In this document: positions 14,119-26,378 of the stretch, in pieces
Layout of the letters: every line of letters starts with the position of its first letter
Numbering within the stretch: the stretch's first letter is position 1
Source: Eledone cirrhosa
Taxonomy: Eukaryota
DNA: 64,000 nt
Direction: 5' to 3'
NCBI GenBank assembly: GCA_964016885.1
Contig: OZ024743.1
Location: forward strand, 113,770,001 to 113,834,000
Made by a program: the position numbers and the translations under genes
The notes under the pieces: generated by a model
The model's database searches: none
Seen by the model: only the letters and a program-made list of their open reading frames with translations
What the model was told of the DNA's origin: nothing

Positions 14119-14690
14119 CCCAGTACAACCTGTCTCATGGTCGGGTCGTTGGCGACTAAACTGGCAACCCCACCAAGGTTTCTTGGCGAGGAGGGTGACT
14201 TTGGACATCCTGCAGGACTAAAAACAAAACCTGTCAAAGGGCAAAGGAGCTCTTAAGAGTCAATGGCCATCCAAAATCACCGGGAGAGATGACCCCTTAG
14301 CCTTTGTCAAGGCAGAATTCTAGGAGAAGGAAAGCTCTGATATAACACCTGCAACCCTGATGGTATCCAATGATGTTGACTTGTTCTTCTTTTTGGTAAA
14401 TATCATCTTGGTTAAGAGAGTGGGACTGGCTTTGTTCAGTGCCTTTGCTCACTATAAAAGCTTCACGGCACAGGCATTGCTTTATATCTGGAGATCTCTC
14501 TGCACTTGTCGTCACATGGTACCATGGGCCCAGTACTATGTGTCAATAATTGTCACAAGTGTAGTGTTTGTACCAGAGTTTTCAAGTCGCTGGCTGGACT
14601 AAAAAGTCACACTCGTTCAGCGCATCGGTAGGGGTTCTCCTACATGGATATAGAGTAGTGGTCGTACTCGAAAACGAGTTGGCAGCCACC
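14119..14690 (+). mobile_element. Uncharacterised non-coding retroposon (family C) in (ATGT)n arrays; other copies at about 12790-13282, 15955-16277 and 17826-18278
   Basis: All copies end in gcagcca(c/t)c + ATGT or ATCC; left ends vary; the 17826 copy has a probable TSD atgtatgtatctatgaatgta. Confidence 0.65.
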
Positions 14691-14987
14691 ATCCCTATAT
14701 GTATGTACATATGTATCTATATATCTATGTGTGTATGTATGTATGTATGTATGTATGTATATATGTATCTATGTATGTAAATATCTATATATATCTATAT
14801 ATCTATATATATATATCTATCTATGTATATGACTTAGCTTATTACATCAGAAATCAATGCTTTGATTTCCAGGGAAACTTATTTTTGTTTATTTTCCAAA
14901 ACATTCGGCTATATTAATATCTGGACGTCTTCATCATCATCACCATCGTCATCACCATCGTCATCGTCATCATCATTACCATCGTCG

Positions 14988-15036
<49 letters not shown>

Positions 15037-15180
15037 TCTCATCATTGTTATCATCATCATTCTCATCATTATTATCATCATCATCATCATCATCAACTTC
15101 ACCCTCAACAACATCCTCCTCTCATCATTTTCAACCACTTTTTCATGTAGGTATGGGTTTGACAGACATATAATTTCTCT

Positions 15181-15543
15181 TTAACCCTTTTCTGACCATG
15201 TTTCTAATGCTATACACTCTTTCAATACATTAATGAAGGATATTGAGTGCTTTACTAAAGTTATTTATTATTTCATTGGCAGTATCAGTCGAGGGTCGGA
15301 CGCCATGCTTTCCAGCATAGTTACGTCCCTTTACGATCTGAGTTCAAATCCCGCCGAGCTTGACTTTGCCTTTCATCCTTACGGGGTCGATAAAATAAAG
15401 TACCAGTAATGCACTGGGTAATTGCTGGCATTGTGCCTAAAGTAGAAACAGTTATTATATGCTGGAAGATTATAATTTAAATAGGAGCTTTTGTTCCATA
15501 GTAATAGAACTAGGTTTGGCTAGGTTCGTATCAAACAGTTTAA
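15181..15543. mobile_element. piggyBac-like MITE (TTAA-CCC terminus) with a nested SINE at 15276-15457; relative at 39049-39322
   Basis: ttaaccctttt...caaacagtttaa; internal similarity to 39049-39322. Confidence 0.45.
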
Positions 15544-16844
15544 AAGGAATGAGAAGCTTGCTGAATAAGTAAAGTGTCTGAGCAGCATTGAATTAATGGG
15601 CTTATATGAATGAACTAATTATGATTATAATAATTGTTTCTGATTTAGGCACAAGGCCAACAATTTTTGGGGAGGGCAAAGTCGATTAAATCGACTCCAG
15701 TGTATTACTGGTACATTTTACCGACCCCGTAAGGATGAAAGGCAAAGCTAACTTCAGTGGGATTTGAATTCAGAATGTAAAGGGTCATAACTCTATGCCG
15801 CTAAGCATGTTGTCCGACGCTCTACCGATTCTGCCATTCCACCTAATGAATTCTAATTTAGGAACAAGTGATAAAAAAAAGAAAGTATGTATGTATGTAT
15901 CCATCCAAATAGTACTTTTTTTTAATTTATTTTATTATTTTTTATTTTGCTTTTTACCTGGGAGTGAATGGTCCCCAGTTGTTGTCACTATACCTTTCTA
16001 AGAGAGGGAAACTCTGAAAGAAAAAAAAGAAACCCGCAGCTTCGGAAGCATCCGATGATGTTGACCAGTTCTCCTTTTCGGGTAGTGTTTTCGATGCTCA
16101 GAGAGTCGGATTAGTCGAGTGCAAGGCCTTTCCCCCCTTAAAAAAACCTTCAAAGCACAGGCATTGCTTGTTCAGGATCTGTTACAGGTTCGTGTGGCTG
16201 GCTGTAGTCTAAAAGTGCACCAAATTTTATAATCTGACAAGCGATTGCAATACTCTTAACAGAGTTTGCAGCCATCATGTATGTATGTATGTATGTATGT
16301 ATGTATGTATGTATGTATGTATGTATGTATGTATGTATGTATGTATGTATGTATGTATGTATGCATGCATGCATGCATGCATGTATGTACCCTAGATACT
16401 TGAGAGAATCATGAACGCATTGGCTCGATATATGGCATATTTTGAGTATCAGAAACCTAGCAGAGCCCATCACTCTCCAAATCTAAACATAGCCGATTTC
16501 TTCTAGACAATGAACGACGATTATAATGATTCCCAGTTCTTTACTGGTATTTTATTTTATCGACACTGAAAGTATGAAAATCAAAGTTGATCTCAGCAGG
16601 ATTAAAATACTACTAAATATTAGTCCAACACTTTAATAACTCTATCAATCTACTGCCAATATGATGATGAATAAGGATTACTGTTGCATATTATATCAAC
16701 CTTAGATGCAATCACACTATCAAAGGAGCTTATATGTGGTCAGTCAACCTGCTAAAAATAGCAACCAAATTTTCCTTAACTCTTACCGTCCTGTATCACA
16801 TAAAACCACATTAGTAAGACAGTCTTTAAAAGTACAAAGCAGTA

Positions 16845-17200
16845 CCTTAGACATTCTAACCACATGCCTGTAGTATCGAAGCTGTGGTCTCCCAATTCAA
16901 AGAAGTAGTGGCTCTAACTGTAGTAACTTCTTGATGTCTGAGCTCAACACTTTATCAAGTAACATTACTCCAAAGCTCCTCAAGGGGGAACCTCATATTT
17001 CGGTTGCTTGTATTCACGATCATACTCTTTTGGTTATTACCCAAGATTTATGACCATAGTTAAGGCGAGGCACAAACACCTGATTGAAGTTTTGGAATTT
17101 TGCTTTTAACAGCTACCTTCTTTCTTCTGATGACCGAATGCTGAAGTTACGTTCCAACTGGAATGTAATATTCTCTTCTATAGAAAATCTCTCAAAAGGT
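16845..17200 (-). mobile_element. Degraded fragment of a second RTE (Expander/Rex3-like) family
   Basis: Reverse complement resembles 50560-50760 (PLLLRIERS-type region). Confidence 0.6.
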
Positions 17201-17459
17201 ATACATGATGGAAGCTAATTTTCTATCCAGCAAAGTTTATTTTCAGCTTATAGAATTAATTATTTCAGATATCATTGAACCAAATCAAAGATCGCAAGTT
17301 GTTGCTTGTTGTTGATTGATTTACTCCAAGTCAACCCTGATTGATCAGTAATACTGATAAAAATATGTAACTTCCCCCACCCCTTTTCTCCTTCACAGTC
17401 GATTGAGTGATAAACAAAGAAGGTATGTATGTATGTATGTATGTACGTACGTATGTATG

Positions 17460-17716
17460 TCTCTCTCTTTCTCTTAATTTCGAGTACATTTTTGACTGGC
17501 CACCTTCCTGGTGGCAAGGTTGTAAAAGAAAAGAAATTGTCATCCCTTGAATCGCAAGAATATTTTGCAATTTTGAAGGTGCCAGCTATCGAAGCCATTT
17601 GTAGTCTCTGAATTAGGGAGCTGCGCTCTTTGTCCACAAATCCAAGTTCAATCATACTTTGATCCAAGCGGGTTGGTATATAACCTGTAGCTCCAATAAT
17701 GATGGGTATGAAGCTG
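17460..17716 (-). mobile_element. R4/Dong family B 3' fragment
   Basis: FIPIIIGATGYIP...LQMASIAGTFKI; flanked by (ATGT)n. Confidence 0.75.
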
Positions 17717-18301
17717 TATGTATGTATGTATGTATGTATGTATGTATGTATGTATGTATGTATGTATGTATGTATGTATGTATGTATGTATGTATGTATG
17801 TATGTATGTATGTATCTATGAATGTAGGGCAAAGGAGCTCTTAAGAGTCAATGGCCATCCAAAATCACCGGGAGAGATGACCCCTTAGCCTTTGTCAAGG
17901 CAGAATTCTAGGAGAAGGAAAACTCTGATATAACACCTGCAACCCTGATGGTATCCAATGATGTTGACTTGTTCTTCTTTTTGGTAAATATCATCTTGGT
18001 TAAGAGAGTGGGACTGGCTTTGTTCAGTGCCTTTGCTCACTATAAAAGCTTCACGGCACAGGCATTGCTTTATATCTGGAGATCTCTTTGCACTTGCCGT
18101 CACATGATACCATGGGCCCAGCACTATGTGTCAATAATTGTGACAAGTGTAGTGTTTGTACCAGAGTTTTCAAGTCGCTGGCTGGACTAAAAAGTCACAC
18201 TCGTTCAGCGCATCGGTAGGGGTTCTCCTACATGGATATAAAGTAGTGGCCGTACTCGAAAACGAGTTGGCAGCCACCATGTATGTATCTATGAATGTAA
18301 A

Positions 18302-18494
18302 AGACCTGCCAACCTCTAAAAGTCCTAACGGGGAGCACCGTGAAAAAAACTGCCCCCAAACGCGAAGAAATGAGGCAAAATGGGGAGATTTGACATAATG
18401 AAATCTATACCCATTTTCATAAGAGAAGACATCTCTCACACACCCCAAAGTGGGTGGGAGATCTCCCCGTGGACAGGGAGAGTTGACAAGTCTG
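18302..18494. mobile_element. About 180-bp MITE with TIR cagac(c/t)tgccaac...gttgaca(a/g)gtctg; second copy at 51266-51440
   Basis: Terminal inverted repeats, two similar copies. Confidence 0.7.
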
Positions 18495-18847
18495 ATGTAT
18501 GAATTAATGTATGTATGTATGTATGTACATATATACGTAGTACATACGTATGGAGTATGGACCGACAGATGGATGGATGGATGGATGGATGGATGAATGA
18601 ATGGAGCCATAATTCCTGATAGAGTTGTAGCTCGGGGCAGTGTAGTGATATATAACATGTCTTGATGGTAATGGTGATCTACATTTAAATATAGAATGCC
18701 TGTTGTAACAATGACCCAGAAACGTGTAAGGATTATATTTCAAACTTTTATCACCAACACCACCAGTTCAGAGACTGGCAGCAGTGTATGTAAATACACA
18801 CACACACACACGTGTATATATATAGATATATATATATCTATATATAT

Positions 18848-18943
<96 letters not shown>

Positions 18944-18945
<2 letters not shown>

Positions 18946-19137
18946 AAAAAGTATGACCCCGACGGCAGAGCTCAAGCCGTTTCGACGGCTATTTCTGGAG
19001 TCCAGAAATAGCCGTCGAAACGGCTTGAGCTCTGATGTCGGGGTCATACTTTTTCCCATTTCCCACTCCACTACCCTAAGTATTGAGTACTCTGGTGCGT
19101 TATGGTCCATTTGGTTCCTTACCACAATTCCTTTGTT
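18944..19137 (+). mobile_element. About 195-bp palindrome-headed element in (TA)n; copies at 19871-20064, 34908-35120, 52400-52540 and a diverged one at 59709-59870
   Basis: 56-bp arms centred at 19000, then a conserved 80-bp tail; the four close copies share both ends and sit in (TA)n. Confidence 0.85.
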
Positions 19138-19210
19138 ATATATATATATATATAATATTATAATAAAATAACAGGAGGCTGGACTTGTGTAAATCCTTGA
19201 AAGGTTTATT

Positions 19211-19272
19211 ATACTATGAGCATTTCCATGACCGGCCGAGTTCCGTATGAATCCGGTGATATCATCAGGTAT
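19211..19272 (-). ncRNA. Putative type I hammerhead ribozyme
   Basis: Minus strand: ATAC CTGATGA [TATCACCGG..CCGGTCATG] GAAA TGCTCA TA GTAT. Confidence 0.7.
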
Positions 19273-19400
19273 TCGAAATATAATAAATGAATGTAACAGA
19301 TAAAATCCATGGGGCTGAAAATCATAGACCCGAGGACGACCGACCATCTAGCATCTTCCACTTTAGCCGGTCGCCCTCAAGTATATATATCTCTCTCTCC

Positions 19401-19432
<32 letters not shown>

Positions 19433-19816
19433 GTACACATGTGCACACACACACACTTATATATATACATATATGTACACATACACTTATATATACATAC
19501 GTGTACGCATACACACACATATATATATATTTGATAAATGAAACAAAAAATAGGAGGCAATTTATATACATATCCTTTCACACACACATATATAAATGTT
19601 CACATACACTCACACATACAATGGTACTCACATACACACATGCATACAGTGGAACACATACATACCCACAAATATCCACATACACACACATGTACAAGAG
19701 AACATATACACACGCATATTCCCACGAACATTCATATTAGCGCTCACAAACATTTGCATACATATTGTCGCACACATATACAGTGGCGCATGTATGCATG
19801 TAGTGACACACACACG

Positions 19817-19872
<56 letters not shown>

Positions 19873-20244
19873 AAAAAGTATGACACCGACGGCAGAGCTC
19901 AAACCGTTTCGACGGCTATTTCTGGACCAAGAAATAGCCGTCGAAACGGCTTGAGCTCTGCCATCGGGAGTCATACTTTTTCCTATTACCCACTCTACTA
20001 CCCTAAGTATTGAGTACTCTGGTGCGTTATGGTCCATCTGGTTCCTTACCACAATTCCTTCGTTATATATATATATATATACACACCCCTCCCTCCCGCC
20101 CCCACGCACCACCTTTGTTATTACGTGGACCAATCATAAACCAGAGCCCCCACGCATCACCATTATTATTACGCGGACCAATCATAAGCCAGAGGCCTAT
20201 ACTATTGCTTGCCCGGTTGCCTTTCGATATATGATGGATGGATG

Positions 20245-23200
20245 GATGGACTACGAAATCCTGGAGAGTGGAAGAGAGAGAAAAATCTGGACGTTCAGCG
20301 ACAATGCCAAAGATAAAGACAAATTCACCTAGTGGACGAGAATGCGAGCACTCCTCTTTGTTTCGACCGCGGACGGCTAACATAACCCCATCTCCCCCCC
20401 CCCACACACACACCGCCCCCACCCTCCAAACGCATTCCAAAACTTCAGAGTTGGTACCATAAATGTAGGCACCCTAAAGGGTCGCGCTAACGAGGTTGTA
20501 AAAATGCTTGAACATAAGGAGGTCGATGTTTGTTGTATTCAAGAGACCAGGTGGAGGGGTGGGTCTGCTAGATTCATTGAGGGTAAAAAACGATGTTATA
20601 AGCTTTTCTGGGAGGGAAACGACGATGGGCTGGGTGGAGTAGGAATCATGGTAGCAGAAAAGTGGGCAGATAAGATAATAGACGTAAATAGAGTTAACGA
20701 CAGAATAATTAAAATACGACTTGTCCTCAATAAAACTACGGTGACAGTAATATCTGCGTACGCACCCCAATCCGGACTGGCCGGCATTATAAAAGACAGA
20801 TTCTATGAGACACTGATGCTCACTACCTCCCAAATAACCGACAGTGACTATATAATTATTGCAGGCAACCTAAATGGTCACGTTGGACAACATTGTGACG
20901 GCTACGACGAAATCCATGGAGGCTATGGGTTTGGTACTAGAAATGAGGAAGGCTCCAGAATCCTGGAATTCTGTGACGCAAATAACCTAACTATCTGTAA
21001 CACTAACTTAAAAAAACGTGACAATCACCTGATCACCTATAGATCCGGGGAACACACAAGCCAGGTAGATTATATCCTTACCAGAAGACGTGACAGAGTG
21101 TCTGTTGTAAACACTAAATCCCTCCCCCACGAAGAATGCACCTCCCAACATAGACTGATAATTAGCGACCTCATAGTCAGGACGAGACGTACTCGACAGC
21201 AGAAGAGGACTATCCTCAGGAGAAAAATATGGAAGCTAAAGGACCCCCACAGCCAGAAATAAATTTCAAAGCATATTACTTGATGCTTTCGACAGTAAGG
21301 AAGAGCATTTAGAGTCGGACAATATAGAGGGACAGTGGGAATTTCTGAAAGCAAACCTGCTGATGGCGACAGACGAAGTCTGTGGCTGGAGCAGGCCAGT
21401 AGGCAGGAGGAGCGTAACATGGTGGTGGAACAGTAAGGTGGAGGGGTCAATTAAGGCCAAAAAGCAGGCTTGGAAAGTATGGCAGGATGGGGGAAGTAGA
21501 GAAGACTATCAAGTGGCCAGGAGGGAAGCTAGGAGACAAGTGTACTTCGCAAGAAGGGAAGCAGAGGAAAGAAAGTTCAAGCATGTTCTACAACGCGAGG
21601 ACCAAAAACGTGAGGTGTTCAGGATTGCTAGGCAATGTGTCAAGGAAAACCGTGATATTGTCGGGGAGAAGTGTGTACTTAATGATGACGGCGTACTTGC
21701 CATCACCGACGCTGATAATAAGGTAGCTTGGAAGTGTCACTATGAAAGGCTACTAAATGAGGAGAATAAATGGGAGAAAGACAGTCTCCCCCCACATCGA
21801 CCCAATAGAGGGACCAGCAGTGTTAGTCGAGGGGAGTATAATAAGTAAGGCAATCAAGGATATGAAGACGGGTAAGGCGGCTGGGCCTTCGGAAATAGTC
21901 GCTGAGATGCTGAAGGCATCTGGCACGGTGGGACACACCATGGTCACCCGCATAGTTAACCAAGTCGTACAGAATGGGGTTGTTCCGAAGGACTGGCATA
22001 GCAGCATCATCGTTAATTGTTATCAGGGTAAAGGAGATGCCCTAGATATGAGTAACTATAGAGGCATTAAATTAATCGACCAGGTCATGAAGGTCACGGA
22101 AAAAGTAATAGCGCAACTAATCAGAGAGAGAATCGACCTAGATGAAATGCAGTTCGGGTTTGTGTCAGGCAAAAGTACCACAGACGCTCTTTTCATTGTA
22201 CGACAACTACAGGAGAAGTACCTAGCTAAAGGTAAACCCACCTACTTAGCTTTTGTCGACTTGGAGAAAGCCTTCGACAGAGTCCCCCGCTCCATTATCT
22301 GGTGGGCTCTTAGAAAACTAGGTGTTGACGAATGGCTTGTGAGAGCGATACAAGCCATGTATAAAGAAACAGTCAGCAAGGTTAGAATTAACAACGAACA
22401 TAGTGAAGAGTTTAGCGTAAAAGTTGGCGTCCATCAGGGCTCTGTTCTCAGCCCCCTACTATTTATTATTGCCCTTCAGGCTATAACAGAGGAGTTCAAG
22501 ACCGGCTGCCCATGGGAACTCCTATACGTAGACGACCTGACACTCATAGCTGAATCAATGGCCGAGCTAGAGAAGAAATTCCAAACATGGAAGCACGGCC
22601 TAGAATCAAAAGGCCTTAAAATTAACCTGGCTAAGACTAAAGTTCTAGTTTGTAGGAAAGAAAATAAGGCGGCGGTCCCTTCTGGGAAATGGCCATGCTC
22701 AGTGTGTAGGAAAGGCGTAGGTAGAAACTCCATTTTATGTCCCAAATGCAAAGTATGGGTACATAAAAGATGTAGTGGGATCACAGGTAAGCTAACTAAG
22801 AACATAGATTTTACATGTGGACGGTGCTCTGGTGCAAGAAGTAGCAGCAAGAGCCCACAAAATACTAGCTCTTACAACTGCGCAGAGGGCTCTATACAAA
22901 TAGTGGACAGCTTCCGTTACCTGGGTGACAAAATCAGCAGTGGGGGAGGGTGCTCAGAAAGTACAGTAGCTAGAGTCAGAACTGGATGGAAAAAGTTCAG
23001 AGAGCTTATACCACTATTAGCTGCTAAAGGGTTCTCCCTAAAAATGAAAGGCAGGTTGTATGATGCCTGCATACGAACAGCAATGTTGCATGGCAGTGAG
23101 ACCTGGGCATTGTGTGCAGAGGATATACGCAGACTAGAGAGGAACGAAGCTTGCATGCTCCGCTGGATGTGTAACAGTAATATACGTGAACGGCAAAGCA

Positions 23201-23851
23201 TAAACGAACTAAGGAAAAAATTAGAAATAAGAGGGATCAGATGTTGTTTACTCGAGAGAAGGCTACGTTGGTATGGACACGTGATGCGCATGAAAGTCGA
23301 TAGCTGTATAACAAAGTGCAGGGCAATAAAGATAGACGGTAGTCACGGAATAGGCAGACCCAGAAAAACCTGGGACGAGCTGATAAACTCCGACCTCACA
23401 CACTTACACCTCTCCAAAACAATGTCACTGGACCGAGACCTTTGGCGGTACTCAGTAACAGAGAAGACCCGCCTTACCTAAATACATAGTAAAACCTACT
23501 ACAGCCAGTAGGTATCTCTAACAAAATACACCCCGTCCCACCACCCCCACCCCATCCACACCACCCCTTCTATGTAAAGTTATGTCGGTGCCACGCCATC
23601 CAGGCCGAAACAAATGAGATCGTGTAGGTGTCACGACAAAAAAACACACAGTCCACGCTGTAATGTGGCCGTGTAGGCAACACGGTAAAAACCTCCCAGA
23701 CCCACACTGTAAATGTGGTTGGTGTTAGGAAGGGCATCCAACTGTAGAAAACCTGCCAGACAGTCCTATGCGAGCAAGACAATCACTCTTGCCTCAAGTG
23801 GGAATACCCCCGTCCAAACCCATGCAAGCGTGGAACACGGACGTTAAACGT

Positions 23852-23881
<30 letters not shown>
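20245..23881 (+). mobile_element. Near-full-length RTE-clade LINE (APE endonuclease + RT + Cys-rich finger) with (GAT)n tail
   Basis: APE motifs NVGTL, IQETRW, SAYAPQ, VDYIL, SQHRL; RT motifs NYRGIKL, DLEKAFDRVP, QGSVLSP, YVDD; 3' UTR ends ggacgttaaacg + (GAT)n. The 5' boundary is approximate. Confidence 0.93.
20504..23481 (+). pseudogene. RTE ORF split by two +1 homopolymer frameshifts (about 21257 and 21790)
   Basis: ORFs 20504-21262, 21363-21848 and 21757-23481 join into one frame after removing one A and one C. Confidence 0.85.
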
Positions 23882-23882
<1 letters not shown>

Positions 23883-24022
23883 ACACACAGAGGTATCCAC
23901 TGTAAGTTGTGGGGTCTATTCTGTATGAAGAACTCGATGTAATCCATATGTTGAAAATGTTGTAGGTTAAGATAAATCCCGGAAAACAATAAAACATTAA
24001 AAGGAAAACAGAGTCATGATAT

Positions 24023-24393
24023 AAGTTAAAACAATGAAATAAAAAATCGAGTCATTAGAGATATACTTCACTGATTTACGATCGTTTCTAGGTGATGATA
24101 ATACATTGTATCTATACTCAGTTATTGATCTATGTAAGTTTACAAACTATCAGATAGAGAGAATATTTACTTACATGCATATCACCAGTTGTTTTCAAAA
24201 GCAATCATTGGTTTTGAAAACAGCTGGTGATATGCATGTAAGTCAATATTCTCTTTATCTGATAGTTTGTAACTAACCTTACATAGATCAATAACGGAGT
24301 ATAGCTACAATGTATTATCATCACCTAGAAACGATCGTAAAGCAGTGAAGTATATCTCTAATGACTTGATTTTTTATTTCATTGTTTTAACTT
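24023..24393. repeat. About 180-bp-arm inverted repeat ending in (TA)n; carries the hammerhead-like 3' half GAAA CGATCG TA
   Basis: Arms read directly, centre about 24206; no CTGANGA seen. Confidence 0.75.
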
Positions 24394-24428
24394 TATATAT
24401 ATATAGCATACACACACGCACACACACA

Positions 24429-24507
<79 letters not shown>

Positions 24508-25084
24508 TCATAGAAATGCAGACACATGCACATCAGATGAAAAGGATCTAAAATTATTTATTGGTCAAACTGACCAGAAACAACAGGATTTTCATCTCTT
24601 TCTCTCCTTAACCCTTGTCCTTCCTCTCTCTCTCCTTAATCTTGTCCTTCCTCTCTCTCTCTCTCTCTCCTTAATCTTGTCCTTCCTCCTCCCTTCTCTC
24701 TCTCTGTCCTTTCTCCGTCTGTCTGTCTGCTTGTCTGTCAAACTCACACAAACACGCCCACACTCTCACTCTTCTCCCACTCCCCTTCCTCATACCCCCT
24801 CCCCCCACACTCCTAACATCTGATTACTTCTTTCTTTGTGGAACTGACCGCCATAATACATAGAAATTGTTCCACTCTTTTCATCTTTATCAATGTTCTT
24901 ATTGGCAATCCAATTTTCCATCAAACATAATGAAGATTGCTTTTATATTGTATTCCTTCTGTTTTCTTCATTCTCATCTCACAAATCCCCCAATACACAC
25001 TTCCTAACACCCTTATCAGCCACCTTCCTCATCTACACCATTGTTTTGCATCATCTCTGCACGGATACTTATATGTGTGTGTGT

Positions 25085-25525
25085 GTGTTGTCTCCGGTAT
25101 TCGCGGGAGTTACGTTCCTAGAACACCCGCGAATGGTAAAAAAACCGCGAATATTGGACGTGGACCATAAAAGTACATATAAACGTCAAAACATAGCGTA
25201 AAATATAGGCTAGCTAAATACGGTATATTGTTATTAATAATTTAGCGTTAAAAAGTGTGAAAAAATATATATTTGTTTCTACTTTTGGCACAAGGCCAGC
25301 AATTATCCCAGTGTATTACTGGTACTTTATTTTATCGACCCCGTAAGAATGAAAGGCAAAGTTAACCTCGGCGGGATTTGAACTCAGACGAAAAAAGCCA
25401 TTAAAAAATCGCGGAAGATATTTACGATTCTGCGAATATGCGGTGGTTTCCACGAACAATTATTAGTTAGGTTCTGATGAAAATTCCGCGAATAACCAGG
25501 ATCACGAATGCCAGGGGTACACTAT
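25085..25525. mobile_element. Tigger/pogo-like MITE with nested SINE fragment (25270-25392)
   Basis: ccggtattcgcgg... and ...cacgaatgccaggggtacac-ta termini. Confidence 0.5.
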
Positions 25526-25719
25526 ATATCATCATCATCATCATCATTTAACGTCCATTTGTTTCCCTGCTTGCTAGGGTCAGACGAGTCGCCCGCATCC
25601 AGAGACAAGTCTGGCCAGGATTTGCCACGCCGTACCTTGTTCTGACGGGACTGTAAATTTGGCCGAGGTTTTTGCAGCTGGATGCCCTTCCTAACACCAA
25701 CTTCATGTACAGTGATGGC

Positions 25720-26105
25720 ATTGTTATGGGGAGGGACAGAACAGTTGGCCGCATCGAACCCTTCTCACAGCGGAACCATAGATTGGAACCCGCACCCACA
25801 ATTACGGTGTGGAACTGGATGGGACCGCTATGAGGAGAGACAGGTCAGTTAGCCGCACCGAACCCTTCTCACAGCGGAATCACGGTTTGGGAACCTGGTA
25901 CTGGATGGTTCCGCTATGAGGAGGGACAGGCCTGTTGACCGCGCCAAAACCTTCTCACAGCGGAACCACAGTTTAGGAGCCTTGACCACGTTTACAGTGT
26001 GGAACTGGATGGTTCCGCCTGAGGAGGCACAGGCCAGTTGGCCACACTGAACCCTTCACACAGAGGGACCACATTTAGGGAACCTGGAACTGGATGGCAC
26101 CGCTA
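25720..26105. repeat. About 4 tandem hairpin-forming units (ggttccgct..gaggaggg...cccttctcacagcggaacc) attached to an RTE 3' tail at 25530-25715 (-)
   Basis: Direct observation. Confidence 0.75.
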
Positions 26106-26378
26106 TGTGTTGTATATCTATCGTGTGTGTTGAGCCAAACACCTCATTTCACGTTGCTCCAGTATACTCAGCTGAAAATGAGGACCAACAGCATGGACTG
26201 GCGTCCTGTTCAATGCGGCGTCTTGCACTCTCAGTCACTTCACACCACGAAACTGGGATAAGCAACGGCCGAATGGGCCTTCTGGTTAGAGACAGACGTT
26301 TAGATTAGTTGTATACAAATACGTATATGATGTGTACACATACACACACCGACACATTTATTTAGTTATTTATACACA

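Noticed and set aside
14160-14200. HDV-like ribozyme (minus-strand CCTCCTCGC)
   Set aside because: The segment pairs as a simple hairpin; the nested double pseudoknot could not be built by eye.
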